Both the position numbers and the translations under genes were made by a program. The notes below the pieces were generated by a model. The model was not told the DNA's origin, did not search any database, and worked only from the letters and a program-made list of their open reading frames with translations. Of a DNA stretch of 64,000 nt, positions 13,390 to 26,533 are shown in pieces (the first letter of the stretch is position 1; every line of letters begins with the position of its first letter). The stretch lies in contig NC_043006.1 in NCBI RefSeq assembly GCF_006345805.1, positions 58,342,001-58,406,000 on the forward strand, written 5' to 3'. Origin of the DNA: Octopus sinensis. Taxonomy: Eukaryota.

Positions 13390-13950
13390 GTTTCAAATTT
13401 TGCCACAAGGGCAGCAGTTTTGGGAGAGGGAATGAGTCGATTACATCAACCCCAGTGTTCAACTGGTACTTATTTTATCGAACCTGAAATGATGAAAAGT
13501 AAAGCAGACTTCAGTGAAATTTTTACTCAGAATGTAATAATAATAATCCTTTCTACTAAAGGCACAAGGCCTGAAATTTTGGGGGAGGGGACTAGTCGAT
13601 TACATCAACCCCAGAGTTTCACTGGTACTTAATTTATCGATCCCAAGGGGATGAAAGGCAAAGTTGACCATGGCGGAATTTAAACTCAGAACACAGAGAC
13701 AGGTGAAATATCGTTAAGCATTTTGTCCAGCATGCCCACAATTCTGCCAGCTCACCATCTTAATAATAATAATAATAATAATAATAATCCTTTCTACTAA
13801 AGGTACATGACTGGTATTTAATTTACTGACCCCAAAAAGATGTAAAGCAAAGTCAACCTCAGCAGAATTTGAACTCAGAATGTAAAGATTGATGAAATTC
13901 TGCTAAGTATTTGGCCCAGCATGCTAACAATTCTGTCAGCTCACCACCTT
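13390..13950 (-). mobile_element. Cluster of three partial SINE B copies separated by (AAT)n
   Basis: Repeated cgattacatcaaccccag...actggtact...tgaaaggcaaagt motifs. Confidence 0.7.
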
Positions 13951-16415
13951 AATAATAATAATAATAATAATAATTAAAATCAAAACATATTTGTTAAATG
14001 ACATGAGCAGTGAAGCAGTGTTTTTCAACTTTTTCTAAATTCTATTCTAGAAAATATTTTACAGATCCTACAGAATTAATATCACATCACTTATCACCAT
14101 CATCATCTTTTAATGTCCATTTTTCCATGCTTGTGTGGTTCAAACAAAATTTTGTCAAGGTGGATTTTCAATGACCAGATGCCCTTCCTGTTAGGGCCAT
14201 GCATATGTCAGAAGACTGAAAATGAAAGACACCACCTGCACAATAACAACACAAACTAACAGCTCTCACACAATGCCAAAGCAAGGAGATACTAACACGC
14301 ACGCATGCACACACACACACACAAAATAGGTTCCTTTTTTTTGCTTCCATCAACCAGATCCATTCACAATGTTTTGGTTGGCTGCCAAGAGCTATAGCTG
14401 AAGACACTTGCCCACGGTGCCACATGGGATTGAACCTGAAACCATGTGGTTGGACAGCAAACTACTTACCACACAGCCTAAAAAAAAAGTCAACTAATTC
14501 TTTTAAATGACATAGAGTACTATGAATGAACAACTAATTGAAATGAAAACAAAAAAACAAGAAAACTTTTGACTCAGTACATAAAAAACATGAACCAATT
14601 AGGAAGGAAAAAACTGTAAACAGGAAAATCAATAATAATAATATGAACGTAAAAAGGTTAAATCTACATCTGTAGAATAATAAATCTCTTTAGTGTACTT
14701 AATAAGTAATTTTTAAGAGATAGTTAATAATTTTAATCCGGAAAACAATTTTCACCCCCACTACCAATGCCACCACTGGGATGAAATGCCATCTTGCATC
14801 CTAGATTGAGAATCTTTTTATTAAATAAATGTTAACATAGGCGCAGGAGTGGCTGTGTGGTAAGTAGCTTGCTTACCAACCACATGGCTCTGGGTTGAGA
14901 TTAAAGTATGAAAGAAAGGACCAGAATAGAACAGATGTCTTGCTGTAGACAAGCTGCAAGGCTACTCAAATTATAAAAGAGTAAGTGGGAGTAACTGGGG
15001 TGGAGCTGGAAAATAGAATGTGAGAGATATTAAGAAGGTGAACAGAAGTGGGGACTGAAGAGGGAGTGAGGATGAGTAGAAGGTGCACGAGTGGATGAGG
15101 AATGTAAGGGATGGTTAGAGATGGGGAATAGATGGGACTGCAAGTATAATGAATGAAGAACAACGATTGAGGAATGATCAATGATAAATATGCATTGAAG
15201 GGAAAGTAGGTGATGACTGCAAAGACTGGATTAGGTTGATCGTATCAATCCCAGTGCATATTTTCAAGACTGGTACTAGTACTACTCTCTTTTCACTGGA
15301 CCACTAAGTTACAGGGATATAAACCAACACTGATTGTCTATCAGACACACACACACATTGGGTTGCAATGCAGCTCCCATCTCACCAAATCCACTCTTAA
15401 AGCTTTGGTGGGCCCAAGACACAGTGAAACTGAACTGAAATCACGTAGTTGTGAAGCTAACTTCTGTTCTATACAATTATGATTAATTAGGTAAGTATTA
15501 GCTTTTTCAATTTTTTTTTTACCATAAGACATTTAAGGGGAGAGGAGGCTTCCAGAAAAAGTATACCAGAAATGTTTGGCTTTATCTCCAGTGTACCACA
15601 AAATCACAAACGCTAAGATCAATTCTGTTAGATTCTTCACTCCTCATGTGAACAACTAAACTTATCAAGCTGTTTTACAAGCTCACTTTTGGACCAATTA
15701 TTACCAACACACACTACCATCAGGTTCCTCAGATTCTAGAGTCATAAGGCAATGAGCTGGCAAAATACTTAGCGGCATTTCGTCAATCTGTACATTGCGA
15801 CTTCAAATTCTACTGGGGTCAATTTTGTCTTTCATCCTTTCAGGGTCTATAAAATATGCACCAGTCAAGCACTGAGACTGATGTAATCAATTTGTCCCTC
15901 ACCCAGAATTGCTGGCTTTGTGCTAAAATTTGAAATCAATATTAAGGTAAATATAGGGAGCAGTTTAGAGGCAGACAGATGATCTTAATGAGCAGGGGAT
16001 TATTAACTTATTTCCAATCCTATTCGAAGTGAGTTTGCTTCACTTATTCTTTCAATGACCTTGAAAAAGCATAAAAGTCATAAATATGCTGTTTCTTACT
16101 TTGCACTAAAATACTGAACCTTTATGTCAAGTCAAAACATAATATTAAATTTAGAGTTAGAGCAGGAATTGGGCTGCTATAGTCTATCTGAACATGCAAG
16201 CTTGTTCAAATCTTTAGTTCAAATCTTTATTCATAAAGAATAAATGCACAGTTGCTGCAAGTTTAAAGCACAATGCACTGCAAACTCCATTAAAAGTGGT
16301 ATAAATGTCACACAATATTGTCCATTTTCTTATATTAAAAGAAAATTTACGATTCTATGTCACCTAAGGATTTAATATCAATGCACAGTTATAACCAAAG
16401 CTGAGATAAAATTAC

Positions 16416-16542
16416 CTTATGATGAATGGTGAAAACTAAATTAGTTTTATTCTTGTCATTGTGGCAGTCAGAGCAGCTTGATATGGTCTTAATTAAGATC
16501 ATGAATAAGAAGAATTTTATCAAACTATCTTTATGAGTTGGA
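16416..16542 (-). other. Candidate spliced exon (probably 5'UTR or uORF) of the minus-strand host gene
   Basis: Acceptor ttttatttttttatctcCAG, donor AAG|GTAATT, 127 nt, one open frame (PTHKDSLIKFFLFMILIKTISSCSDCHNDKNKTNLVFTIHHK). Confidence 0.4.
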
Positions 16543-17665
16543 CTGGAGATAAAAAAATAAAATGAAATATATTAGCATGCCATGAGAAGAGGAGATATAC
16601 TTCTAACAAAACCCTTCATTCACAGCTTCCATTATCAGAATCATCGTTTTAATGAACACTTTTCCATGCTTGTATGTGTTTGATGAAATTTGTTGAGGCA
16701 GATTTTCCAACAGCTTCGTGTCCCTCGTATCACCAACTCTCACCTGCTTCCAAGCAAGCATATATCTCTCCTGACATGTTTTCACAGAAGATTGCAAATG
16801 AATAACACTGCCTGTGTGACAACAACACTTACAACTATCACCAGCTAGCAAGACAAGGCACAAACACACATTAAACACAAATATGTATATATAACGAGAA
16901 GGTTTACGAAAATAAACAAAAGACGAAGGCAGGTGGAGTACAAACAAACAAATGTATTAGTATGGCGCTCAGGAATAGAAATAGAACAAGTCTTTTACAT
17001 TTCGAGCCTACGCTCTTTGACAGAAAGATACACAGAAAAGAAACAAGGAGAGAAAAATGCGTGTAGGAACTAACGGTCTATCATGGTGTTCTGACTTCAG
17101 GCAGAAGTCAGAGGTCAGACGTTAGATGCTAGAGGGATAGTAGGGGAGATAGTAGGGGAGTCAAGTGACTCCCAAAACGAAGGTGGCCCCAACACGAAGG
17201 TGCATGTGTGTATAAGAGAGTAAGTATGTGCATGTGAAAGAGGGCTGGTGGTCTGGACGTGTGTATGTATGTATGTGTGGATGTGAAGATATGGAGATGG
17301 GTGTGTGAGTGGTGTGTTGTGATATGATATGTGTATGAATGTGTAGGTGTAAAGATGTGGGGATGGGTGTGTGGGCGGTGTGCTGTGGGTGGTGTGTTGT
17401 GATGTGATGTGTAATGTGGGTGGTGTGCTGCAGGTGGTGTGTTGTGATGTGATGTGTAAAGTTGTATGGTGTAGTGTAGTGTGGTGTGATGTTGTGGGGA
17501 GGTGGGGAAAGCCCATGTGGGGTGTGGGCTCGGCAGGGGGTTGGGGTAACATATATATATATACAAATATATATTATACACATATATATATATACAAATA
17601 ATTATTAAATACACAAATATATATATACATAGATACACCAATATATATATATGCATGTATATATA

Positions 17666-17729
<64 letters not shown>

Positions 17730-17759
17730 CATATGTATATACAAATATATATCATATAC

Positions 17760-18082
17760 ATCATCATCATCATCATCATCGTTTAACGTCCGTTTTCCGT
17801 GCTAGCATGGGTTGGACGGTTCAACCGGGGTCTGGGAAGCCGGGGGCTGCACCAGGCTTCAGTCTGATCTGGCAGAGTTTCTACAGCTGGATGCCCTTCC
17901 TAACGCCAACCACTCCGCGAGTGTAGCGGGTGCTTTTTACGTGCCACCTGCACAGGTGCCAGGGGGTCCGGCATCGGCCACGATCGGTTGGTGCTTTTAA
18001 CGTGCCACCGGCATGGAAGCCAGCCAAGGTGGCGCTGACATCGGCCACGTTTGGATGGTGCTTTTTATGTGCTACCGGCACT
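17760..18082 (-). mobile_element. Young family E element abutting the minisatellite
   Basis: CpG-retaining copy of the catcatcgtttaacgtccg... family. Confidence 0.75.
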
Positions 18083-19671
18083 GGAGATCAATAAGGGTGC
18101 CGACAGAGATCAAAGAGGATACCGACAGAGATCAAAGAGGGTGCCGACAGAGATCAAAGGGGTGCCGACGGAGATCAAAGAGGGTACCGACAGAGATCAA
18201 AGGGGTGCCGACGGAGATCAAAGAGGGTACCGACGGAGATCAAAGAGGGTACCGACAGAGATCAAAGAGGGAGCCGACAGAGATTAAAGAGGGTGCAGAG
18301 ATCAAAGAGGGTGCCGACTGAGATCAAAGAGGGTGACGATAGAGATTAAAGAGGGTGCAGACAGAGATCAAAGAGGATGCCGACAGAGATCAAAGAGGAT
18401 GCCGACAGAGATCAAAGAGGATGCCGACAGAGATTAAAGAGCGTGCCGACATAGATAAAAGAGGGTGCCGACAGAGATCAAAGAGGTTGCCGACAGAAAT
18501 CAAAGGGGGTACCGACGGAGATCAAAGAGGGTGCCGACGGAGATCAATAATGGTGCCGACAGATATCAAAGAGGGTACCGACGGAGATCAAAGAGGGTAC
18601 CGACAGAGATCAAAGAGGGTGCCGACAGAGATCAAAGAGGGTACCGACAGAGATCAAAGAGGGTGCCGACAGAGATCAAAGAGGGTATCGACAGAGATCA
18701 AAGAGGGTGCCGACAGAGATCAAAGGGTGTACCGACGGAGATCAAAGAGGGTGCCGACAGAGATCAAAGAGGGTGCCGACAGAGATCAAAGAGGGTGCCG
18801 ACAGAGATCAAAGGGGGTGCCGACGGAGATCAAAGAGGGTACCGACAGAGATTAAAGAGGGTGCAGACAGGGATTAAAGAGAGTGCCGACGGAGATCAAT
18901 AAGGGTGCCGACAGAGATCAAAGAGGATACCGACAGAGATCAAAGAGGGTGCCGACAGAGATCAAAGGGGGTGCCGACGGAGATCAAAGAGGGTACCGAC
19001 AGAGATCAAAGGGGTGCCGACGGAGATCAAAGAGGGTACCGACAGAGATCAAAGAGGGTGCCGACAGAGATTAAAGAGGGTGCAGACAGAGATCAAAGAG
19101 GGTGCCGACTGGGATCAAAGAGGGTGCCGACAGAGATCAAAGAGGGTGCCGACAGAGATTAAAGAGGGTGCAGACATAGATAAAAGAGGGTGCCGACAGA
19201 GATCAAAGGGGGTACCGACGGAGATCAAAGAGGGTGCCGACGGAGATCAATAATGGTGCCGACAGAGATTAAAGAGGGTGCAGACAGAGATTAAAGAGGG
19301 TGCCGACAGAGATCAAAGAGGATGCCGACAGAGATCAAAGAGGGTGCCGACAGAGATCAAAGAGGGTGCCGACAGAGATTAAAGAGGGTGCCGACAGAGA
19401 TCAAAGGGGTACCGACGGAGATCAAAGAGGGTGCCGACAGAGATCAAAGAGGGTACCGATAGAGATCAAAGAGGGTGCCGACAGAGATCAAAGAGGCTGC
19501 CGACAGAGATCAAAGAGGGTGCCGACTGAGATCAAAGAGGGTGCCGACAGAGATCAAAGAGGGTGCCGACGGAGATCAAAGAGGGGGCCGACAGAGATCA
19601 AAGATGGTGCCGACAGAGATCAAAGATGGTGCCGACAGAGATGAAAGAGGGTGCCGACAGAGATCAAAGAG
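18083..19671. repeat. Minisatellite, ~22-bp unit (gagggtgccgacagagatcaaa), roughly 70 copies
   Basis: Directly visible tandem array with 20-22 bp variants. Confidence 0.97.
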
Positions 19672-20232
19672 TGTACACATATATAGTTGGTGTGTATGTA
19701 TGTATATATACATGGACACACATATACACATACAAACACACAAATGTCTCTCTCTCTCTCTCTCTCTCTTGATTTGTAAATATATACATACACATACATC
19801 CTTTCGGTTTCCATCTCACAAATCTATTCACAAGGCTGTAGTAGAACTTAGAAGACACTTGCCTGAAGTGTCACACAGCAGGATCGAACACTAAGTGATG
19901 CAGTTGAAAAGCAAACCTTTCAACTAAACATCCATATCAGCACCAGATGCTAGATATTTCCTCTCTCACTGACACACTGCTTCCCCCCCCCCCACCCCCA
20001 CCTATTATCATTTGTTAACTCAATCCATTATTATTCTCTTCAAGCTCTACTGATTATATTTTATTAGAATTTTTTTTTTTTTTCAAAAAAACACAGAATC
20101 CAATTCCGATTTGCATTTTGATGACAAATCAAAGAATCAATAAAACACATATTTATATGCTAGCCTTAGTTTAGTTCCAGGTCAGCCTGAACCAGCAGGT
20201 CTATGATCAAAGGCAGTCCGCCTTTTATTCAG

Positions 20233-20532
20233 ATATATTTTATATAGGACAACATTATCTGCTGTCTCCTTGCTCTTTTAAGATACCAGGGTAGGATTCT
20301 GAGGGAGATTTGGCTGCAGTTTCTAGCAGAAAGAGCTATCATGCAGAAGTGGCTTGTGTTGACAATAATGATGGTGGGGGGTATATATTTTATGTAGGAC
20401 AACATTATCTGCTGTCTCCTTGCTCTTTTAAGATACCAGGGTAGGATTCTGAGGGAGATTTGGCTGCAGTTTCTAGCAGAAAGAGCTATCATGCAGAAGT
20501 GGCTTGTGTTGACAATAATATTGGAGGGGGGG
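20233..20532. repeat. 150-bp direct tandem duplication
   Basis: 20233-20382 is nearly identical to 20383-20532. Confidence 0.9.
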
Positions 20533-23500
20533 TATTTTGTTAATTTGTATTGTTTAACCATTCTATGTCTGCCCAGATATAGCAGTCATGACCATCCTGT
20601 CTTTTGAATTTAGATATAGTTGATCTCAAACAAGTCTAATATATCCTTCCTTATTTAAAATTCAATGAGGATTTTTACTGCTATTTCTAGCAAATTGAGT
20701 AACTATATTAGAGACTCTGTTTGGTTTATCTTTTATCTTTTACTTGTTTCAGTCATTAGACTGCAGTCATGCTGGGGCACCACCTTGAAGAATCTTTAGT
20801 CAAATGAATCAACCCCCTGATAATTATTCTATCAGTCTCTTTTACCAAAGTGCTACATTGTGGGCACGTAAACAACCAACATCAGTTGTCAAGCGGTGTA
20901 GGAAAAAACACATAAATACAACCGGTTTCTATCAAATCTTCTAACAAGGCTTTGGTTGGCCTGAGGCTATAGTAGAAGACACTTGCCCAAGGTGCAATGC
21001 AGTGGGATTGAGCCCAGAACCATGTGATTGGAAACCAAACTTCTTACCACACAGCCATGCCTGCAGCTATGTTTATGTTTAAATTTTCAAACAAAATGTG
21101 ACTGAATACAAATGATCTCACATAGCACAATACCCAGGTAAAACAGAAAACTAAACTAATTTTAAAAACTATAATTCCAGTTCAAACATGAAATGAAATT
21201 AAGTAAAAGGAAAACTGCAATTTTAATTTAAATCAATAAGATAATCTAAATATTTTACCAGTTCAAATTCTTCAAACAAATGCCTGACCTAAAACATTGG
21301 AACTCACCTCTCTACATACTACCTAAATTTCTTATTTCTCATTTTTCTTTTTTTGGTATTTTTTTGGTATTACTGACACAACCACTGCTTACTTTCCCAT
21401 TTAGTTTTTACCTTTAAATTTCAAAATTTTATTCCACCAACAATGAATCTTGGATAGTGCAAAAACAACAAAAAAAAAAATCTAAATTTTATGCAACTGA
21501 AATTTCAAACCAAAATCATGATTAAAAACAAAAATTTTATCAAAATTTATTGCATAAATCCAATATTAGTCTGAATCCATCTTATAAATGACCATTTCTC
21601 ATTAGGTTAATAAACTAAGCAGCAGGAATAGGTGAAGCTGATACAGCAGACCTCAAACCTATCCACTACATGCATGTGCAGGCATGTGTGTATATGTGCA
21701 TGTATGTGTGCATGTATGCACGTGTAGTTAAGAGACTTGCCTCCTAACAATATGGTTTGGATTTAGTTCCACTGCCCAGTACTTTGGCCATATATCTTTT
21801 ACAAGAGCCTCAGGCCAACCAAAACCTTGTGAGTGGATTTGGTATACAGAAACAAAAAGAAGCATGTGTGTCTTGTATATGAGGTATCATAGCATGTATG
21901 TCTTATATATAAGAAATCATAACTTAGTAGCAAGAAGTGAGATCCTGATGTGCCAAGATTAGAAACCCTGTTTAATTCTTCATCAGAGACAACCTAGTGT
22001 ATATGCACGCATCACTAATGCCCATGAGAAAAGCATGAACATTACACAAGTCTATCCCACTTCTTTCCAAAACAAATTCTGCAGCATTGAGCCATTGTAC
22101 CCTAAATAAGAAATGCATTATTTCTCTCAAATTACATTGTTAATACTCATGGGGAAATACCAGATGAAGTACCAAGAGAATAGCTCTTGTAAAAATCTCA
22201 GTTTTCATATTTTCGGTTACTTTATACAATGTGTACTACTAAAGAAATATGGTTTAGATGTTTACTATCATCTGGCTTGATGCCACATGTTTCTAGGTTC
22301 AAATTTTATCAGAAGAAAAAAGAGATGGGGTGTAATTTACCTGACACTCTCTTTACATATGGTTTGATATAAATTTTAGTACATGGGAGTAGAAGAGGGA
22401 GCAGTTTAACATGGTCAGTAGTGGCCCCTAGGGAGCAGTATGAGTTCATAAAGAGCAACAAACGTCAAATGGGAATTGAGTGTTTAGTGGAGTGGGGCAT
22501 GGTTTTCTTTGAAATAAAAATATTCAAACCAAGTCCAATGCATATATTATAACACTTTAGCGTTCAGATTAATCTGTCAAATGTATTGCTTTGTTTTGAC
22601 TTAAACAAGCATTATCTCATAGCTTCATGACTTCAATGATGTGATTGTTTCTTTTTAGAATGACATTGTAAGGTAGGTATAAGAGGCCAGATCTGACTGG
22701 TTTGAACATAAAACATGTAGAATATTATGGCCAGATATGGCCAGTTTAAACGTTAACAGGTTAAAGACATTTTCAAAAATAGCTTCCACACCTCCATCAA
22801 TGTCCATCTCTCACTAGATCCACCTCTACTCCCATCACTAATCATCTGTTACTCGCCTCACACAATTATGAATTACCCACCCTTTCTTCTCCACCCCTTC
22901 ATGATCCATTGTTTGTATTCTCCCTTAAACTCACATTCTTGTACTCTGAGACTACACTGGCACCCCATTACAACCATCTTACCTCCTATCCAGCCTCATA
23001 TAATGTGGGGTAACCACATTATATGAAGTTCTATAGCAAGACATCTGTGATAGTCCTTCTCTCATAATTTAGTCTTCAATACCTGGCATAAAGCCATCTC
23101 CCACTCTCTCAGCTACACTCCACTCAGTCGAGAGGGTTTTCCCCTTTCTTTTTGTTTTTCCAGTAAGTTACTTGGTGACCTCACTAGTGCCATGAAAAAT
23201 TGTACCAGGTACATACTGTAAAGTGGGTGGCATTAAGAAGGGCATCCAGCCATTAACAACTATGCCAAAATGACATTGGAGCCCAATGTAACCCTGCAGG
23301 TTGTTGGATCCAATCAAACAGTTCAATCCATTCCAGCACGGAGAAATGGGTATTATGATGGTGATGAATCTATCAAAATTAAAATATAAGTTGGACATTG
23401 TATTATCAATGAGCAAAACTAGACTGATAACACTTCAAAGTCCAACATAGACTCATTGACACAAGTTGTCACCTGCAGTAGTAATTTCCATAGTGATATA

Positions 23501-23769
23501 ACAAAACACTTTTCCAGGTCTTGATCAGATCAGATGGAATTTGTTCAGCTGGATTTTTTTACAGCTTGATGCCCTTCCTGTCATACACACACACATGACC
23601 AAAGCCTTGTGAGAGAAGTTTGTAGCCGGCATGTTAGCATCAAATGAAACAAGCCTGTCATATATATATTATAGGTCACAAAACCTCCCAAAACTAGAAA
23701 CATTTAAGTATTATCCTAGCTACAACTAGACTACTAATGAAGACAATCACACAGTATCAATATATGTAA

Positions 23770-24170
23770 TACAAAATATATATGTCCAGACAGCTGTTGT
23801 ACAGCAAGCTCATGCAGGGCTCACACAAACAAGGAAGGCCTAAACTGAGGTATAAGGACAACCTGAAAAGCAACCTCAAATGGAATGGCATTAGTTCATG
23901 TGAACTTGAAGCCTCTGCAGTAGATAGATCAACATGACAGTCTCTCACCTCACAAGCAGCAGCTGCCTTTGAAGAGAACCAGCAACAGGGGCTTGCTGTT
24001 GCAAGAAACAGCCGTCACAGAACAGCGTCCACCTTAATCCAAACAACAGACTATCATTGTGACACCTGTGGGTGCCTGTGTGCTTCCAGCTTTGGACTCT
24101 AGAGTCACATGCACTCTCATCACTGAGAACACAGATCTGTCATCACCAAACACCGAAGGACTACCAAGAA
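23770..24170 (+). mobile_element. RTE/BovB-like LINE 3' fragment
   Basis: QLLYSKLMQGSHKQGRPKLRYKDNLKSNLK...CDTCGCLCASSFGLxSHMHSH (C-terminal CCHH finger). Confidence 0.75.
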
Positions 24171-25186
24171 TTCTACAAACAACAAAATCCCCATAAACTA
24201 AGTTCAACTTTACAAGAATGAAGAACAATTCACAAAACCACAAGATATAAAAGTTACACACACACACGACAGGCTCATTCCAGTTTTTGTCTACTAAATT
24301 CACTCACAAGGCTTTGGTCAACCTGGAGCTATAATAGAAGACACTTGCTTAAGGTCCATGCAGTGGGACTGTACCTAAGACCACATAGTTGGGAAGTGGA
24401 CTTCTTAACCACATAGCCATGCCTGCACCAATCTATAACAGTCGAAAATATTATGATTAATAAACCACAGTGTGACATTATTCATTTTGCAAAACATGAC
24501 AAGTGGGGGTGTAAAACACCATACAATGAAAGGGGGTACAGAGCTACAAAATGTTGAGAGCCACTGTTGTAGTATAAATGAAATATGGAATGGATTGGCA
24601 GAATTGTTAAAGTGTCCTTAAATGCCTGCAACATTTAGTTATGACTGTTTACTTTCAGAGTTCAAATCCTGCGAAAGCCAGCATTTGACTTTCATTCTCC
24701 TAGAGATGAATGAAATAAAGTAGTAGTGATGTAACAGGAATAGATTTAAATTTCCTATACAGTGTTGCCCTACATTTGAATGGAATTATAATAGAAGCCC
24801 AACAGATATACAAATAGATATAGAATAAAATGCAGAAAAGCATAAATTTCCTAAGTAGTTTAACAGCTGTTTCATTAGCAATAAAAAAATCATTAAATCC
24901 ATAATTATATAATTAAATTCCAGTATTTTAAGTTACTTCTGATCATTCAGCTGGTAATCTGAGCTAGTTTTCCCTTGAATTATTTATTGTCTGAATATAT
25001 TTTTAAATATTATATGAAAGTTATGAAGGAAATGCTTATTGTTATGTTCTCTCTTCTTTTTATAAATAGAAAAGCTTTGCGAGTGGCACATGCAAAAATG
25101 GCCATCTCAAGCTCAAGTTTTTCCTTTCATTTCTAAACGTCTTATGGGAATACTTCAAATGACTTAAACTTCATACATACATACAT

Positions 25187-25238
<52 letters not shown>

Positions 25239-25671
25239 CACACATACATACATACTCACACATATGTATGTATATATAAAAACTTAACTCCATCGGACAC
25301 GAATGACCATGGGTGCACCTAAGAGGTTCCCCTCCGGGGTACAAGTCTGGGCAGAAAGTTGCTTCACTGGCAAATGCACAACCTAGGGTTGTTTTTATGG
25401 AGGACCAGCAATCGCTCATGCATACCAGCCTCCCCTCTCCATGCCCCCAATGTTATCCAAGGTAAAAGCAAAGGCTGATACAGATTGGCACCAGTGACAT
25501 AATTCATTTCTACAGCTGAGTGAACTGGAGCTACATGAAATAAAGTGTCTTCCTCAAGAACACAACATGCAGCCCAGTCTGAGAATCAAACTCACAACCT
25601 CATGATTGTAAGCTTGACGCTCTAACCACTGAACCATGTGCCTTCACTGTATGCATATATATACATATATG

Positions 25672-25745
<74 letters not shown>

Positions 25746-26008
25746 CAATTAAGGACAACTACTTAATAAGGAAAACTTAACAAGAAATTGTCAGGTAGAT
25801 AGCGTGAAAACCTCATAAGAGAAAAAATTTCGAAAATAATTATTTCTTATTGAACATATTAATTTATATATAGAGGGCATTATACATACATGCCTGATAG
25901 CATTATACATACATGCCACACGCTAAGAGGGACAATTAGTCATTTCTACCAAAAATATTACTAATCCCACCGAATGCAATTTTTCAAAGTAAGACATTTA
26001 AAAAATAT

Positions 26009-26056
26009 AGACCTGTATCACAGTGATTTCATACTTACGTATTCATCAGCAGGCCT
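26009..26056 (-). ncRNA. Type I minimal hammerhead ribozyme, copy 1
   Basis: Minus strand aggcctg-CUGAUGA-auac(guaa)guau-GAAA-ucacugugaUA^caggucu: 7-bp helix I, 4-bp helix II with GNRA loop, palindromic helix III, AUA cleavage triplet. Confidence 0.88.
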
Positions 26057-26485
26057 GGATGTATCATACATAAACGACCCTGCCTCGCTTAAGCCGATCA
26101 GCTAACTGATCAACATCAACGAAGCACATGGGTGAGTTTACATATATTACATCCTGTAAATGTCAGACTTTTTACGAATTGCATTTCGGGAAAGGAAAAG
26201 TTTTTTCGGAATAAAAATTTAGCAATTAAGGACAATTACTTAATAAGGAAAACTTAACAAGAAATTGTCAGGTAGATAGCGTGAAAACCTCATAAGAGAA
26301 AAAATTTCGAAAATAATTATTTCTTATTGAACATATTAATTTATATATAGAGGGCATTATACATACATGCCCGATAGCATTATACATACATGCCACACGC
26401 TAAGAGGGACAATTAGTCATTTCTACCAAAAATATTACTAATCCCACCGAATGCAATTTTTCAAAGTAAGACATTTAAAAAATAT

Positions 26486-26533
26486 AGACCTGTATCACAG
26501 TGATTTCATACTTACGTATTCATCAGCAGGCCT
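26486..26533 (-). ncRNA. Type I minimal hammerhead ribozyme, copy 2
   Basis: Identical to copy 1, 477 bp away. Confidence 0.88.

Noticed and set aside
18013-19894. Long overlapping ORFs (PTEIKEGADRDQRG...) and a possible CRISPR-like array
   Set aside because: A pure 22-bp tandem repeat with no unique spacers or cas genes; the ORFs arise because the unit is stop-poor in all plus frames
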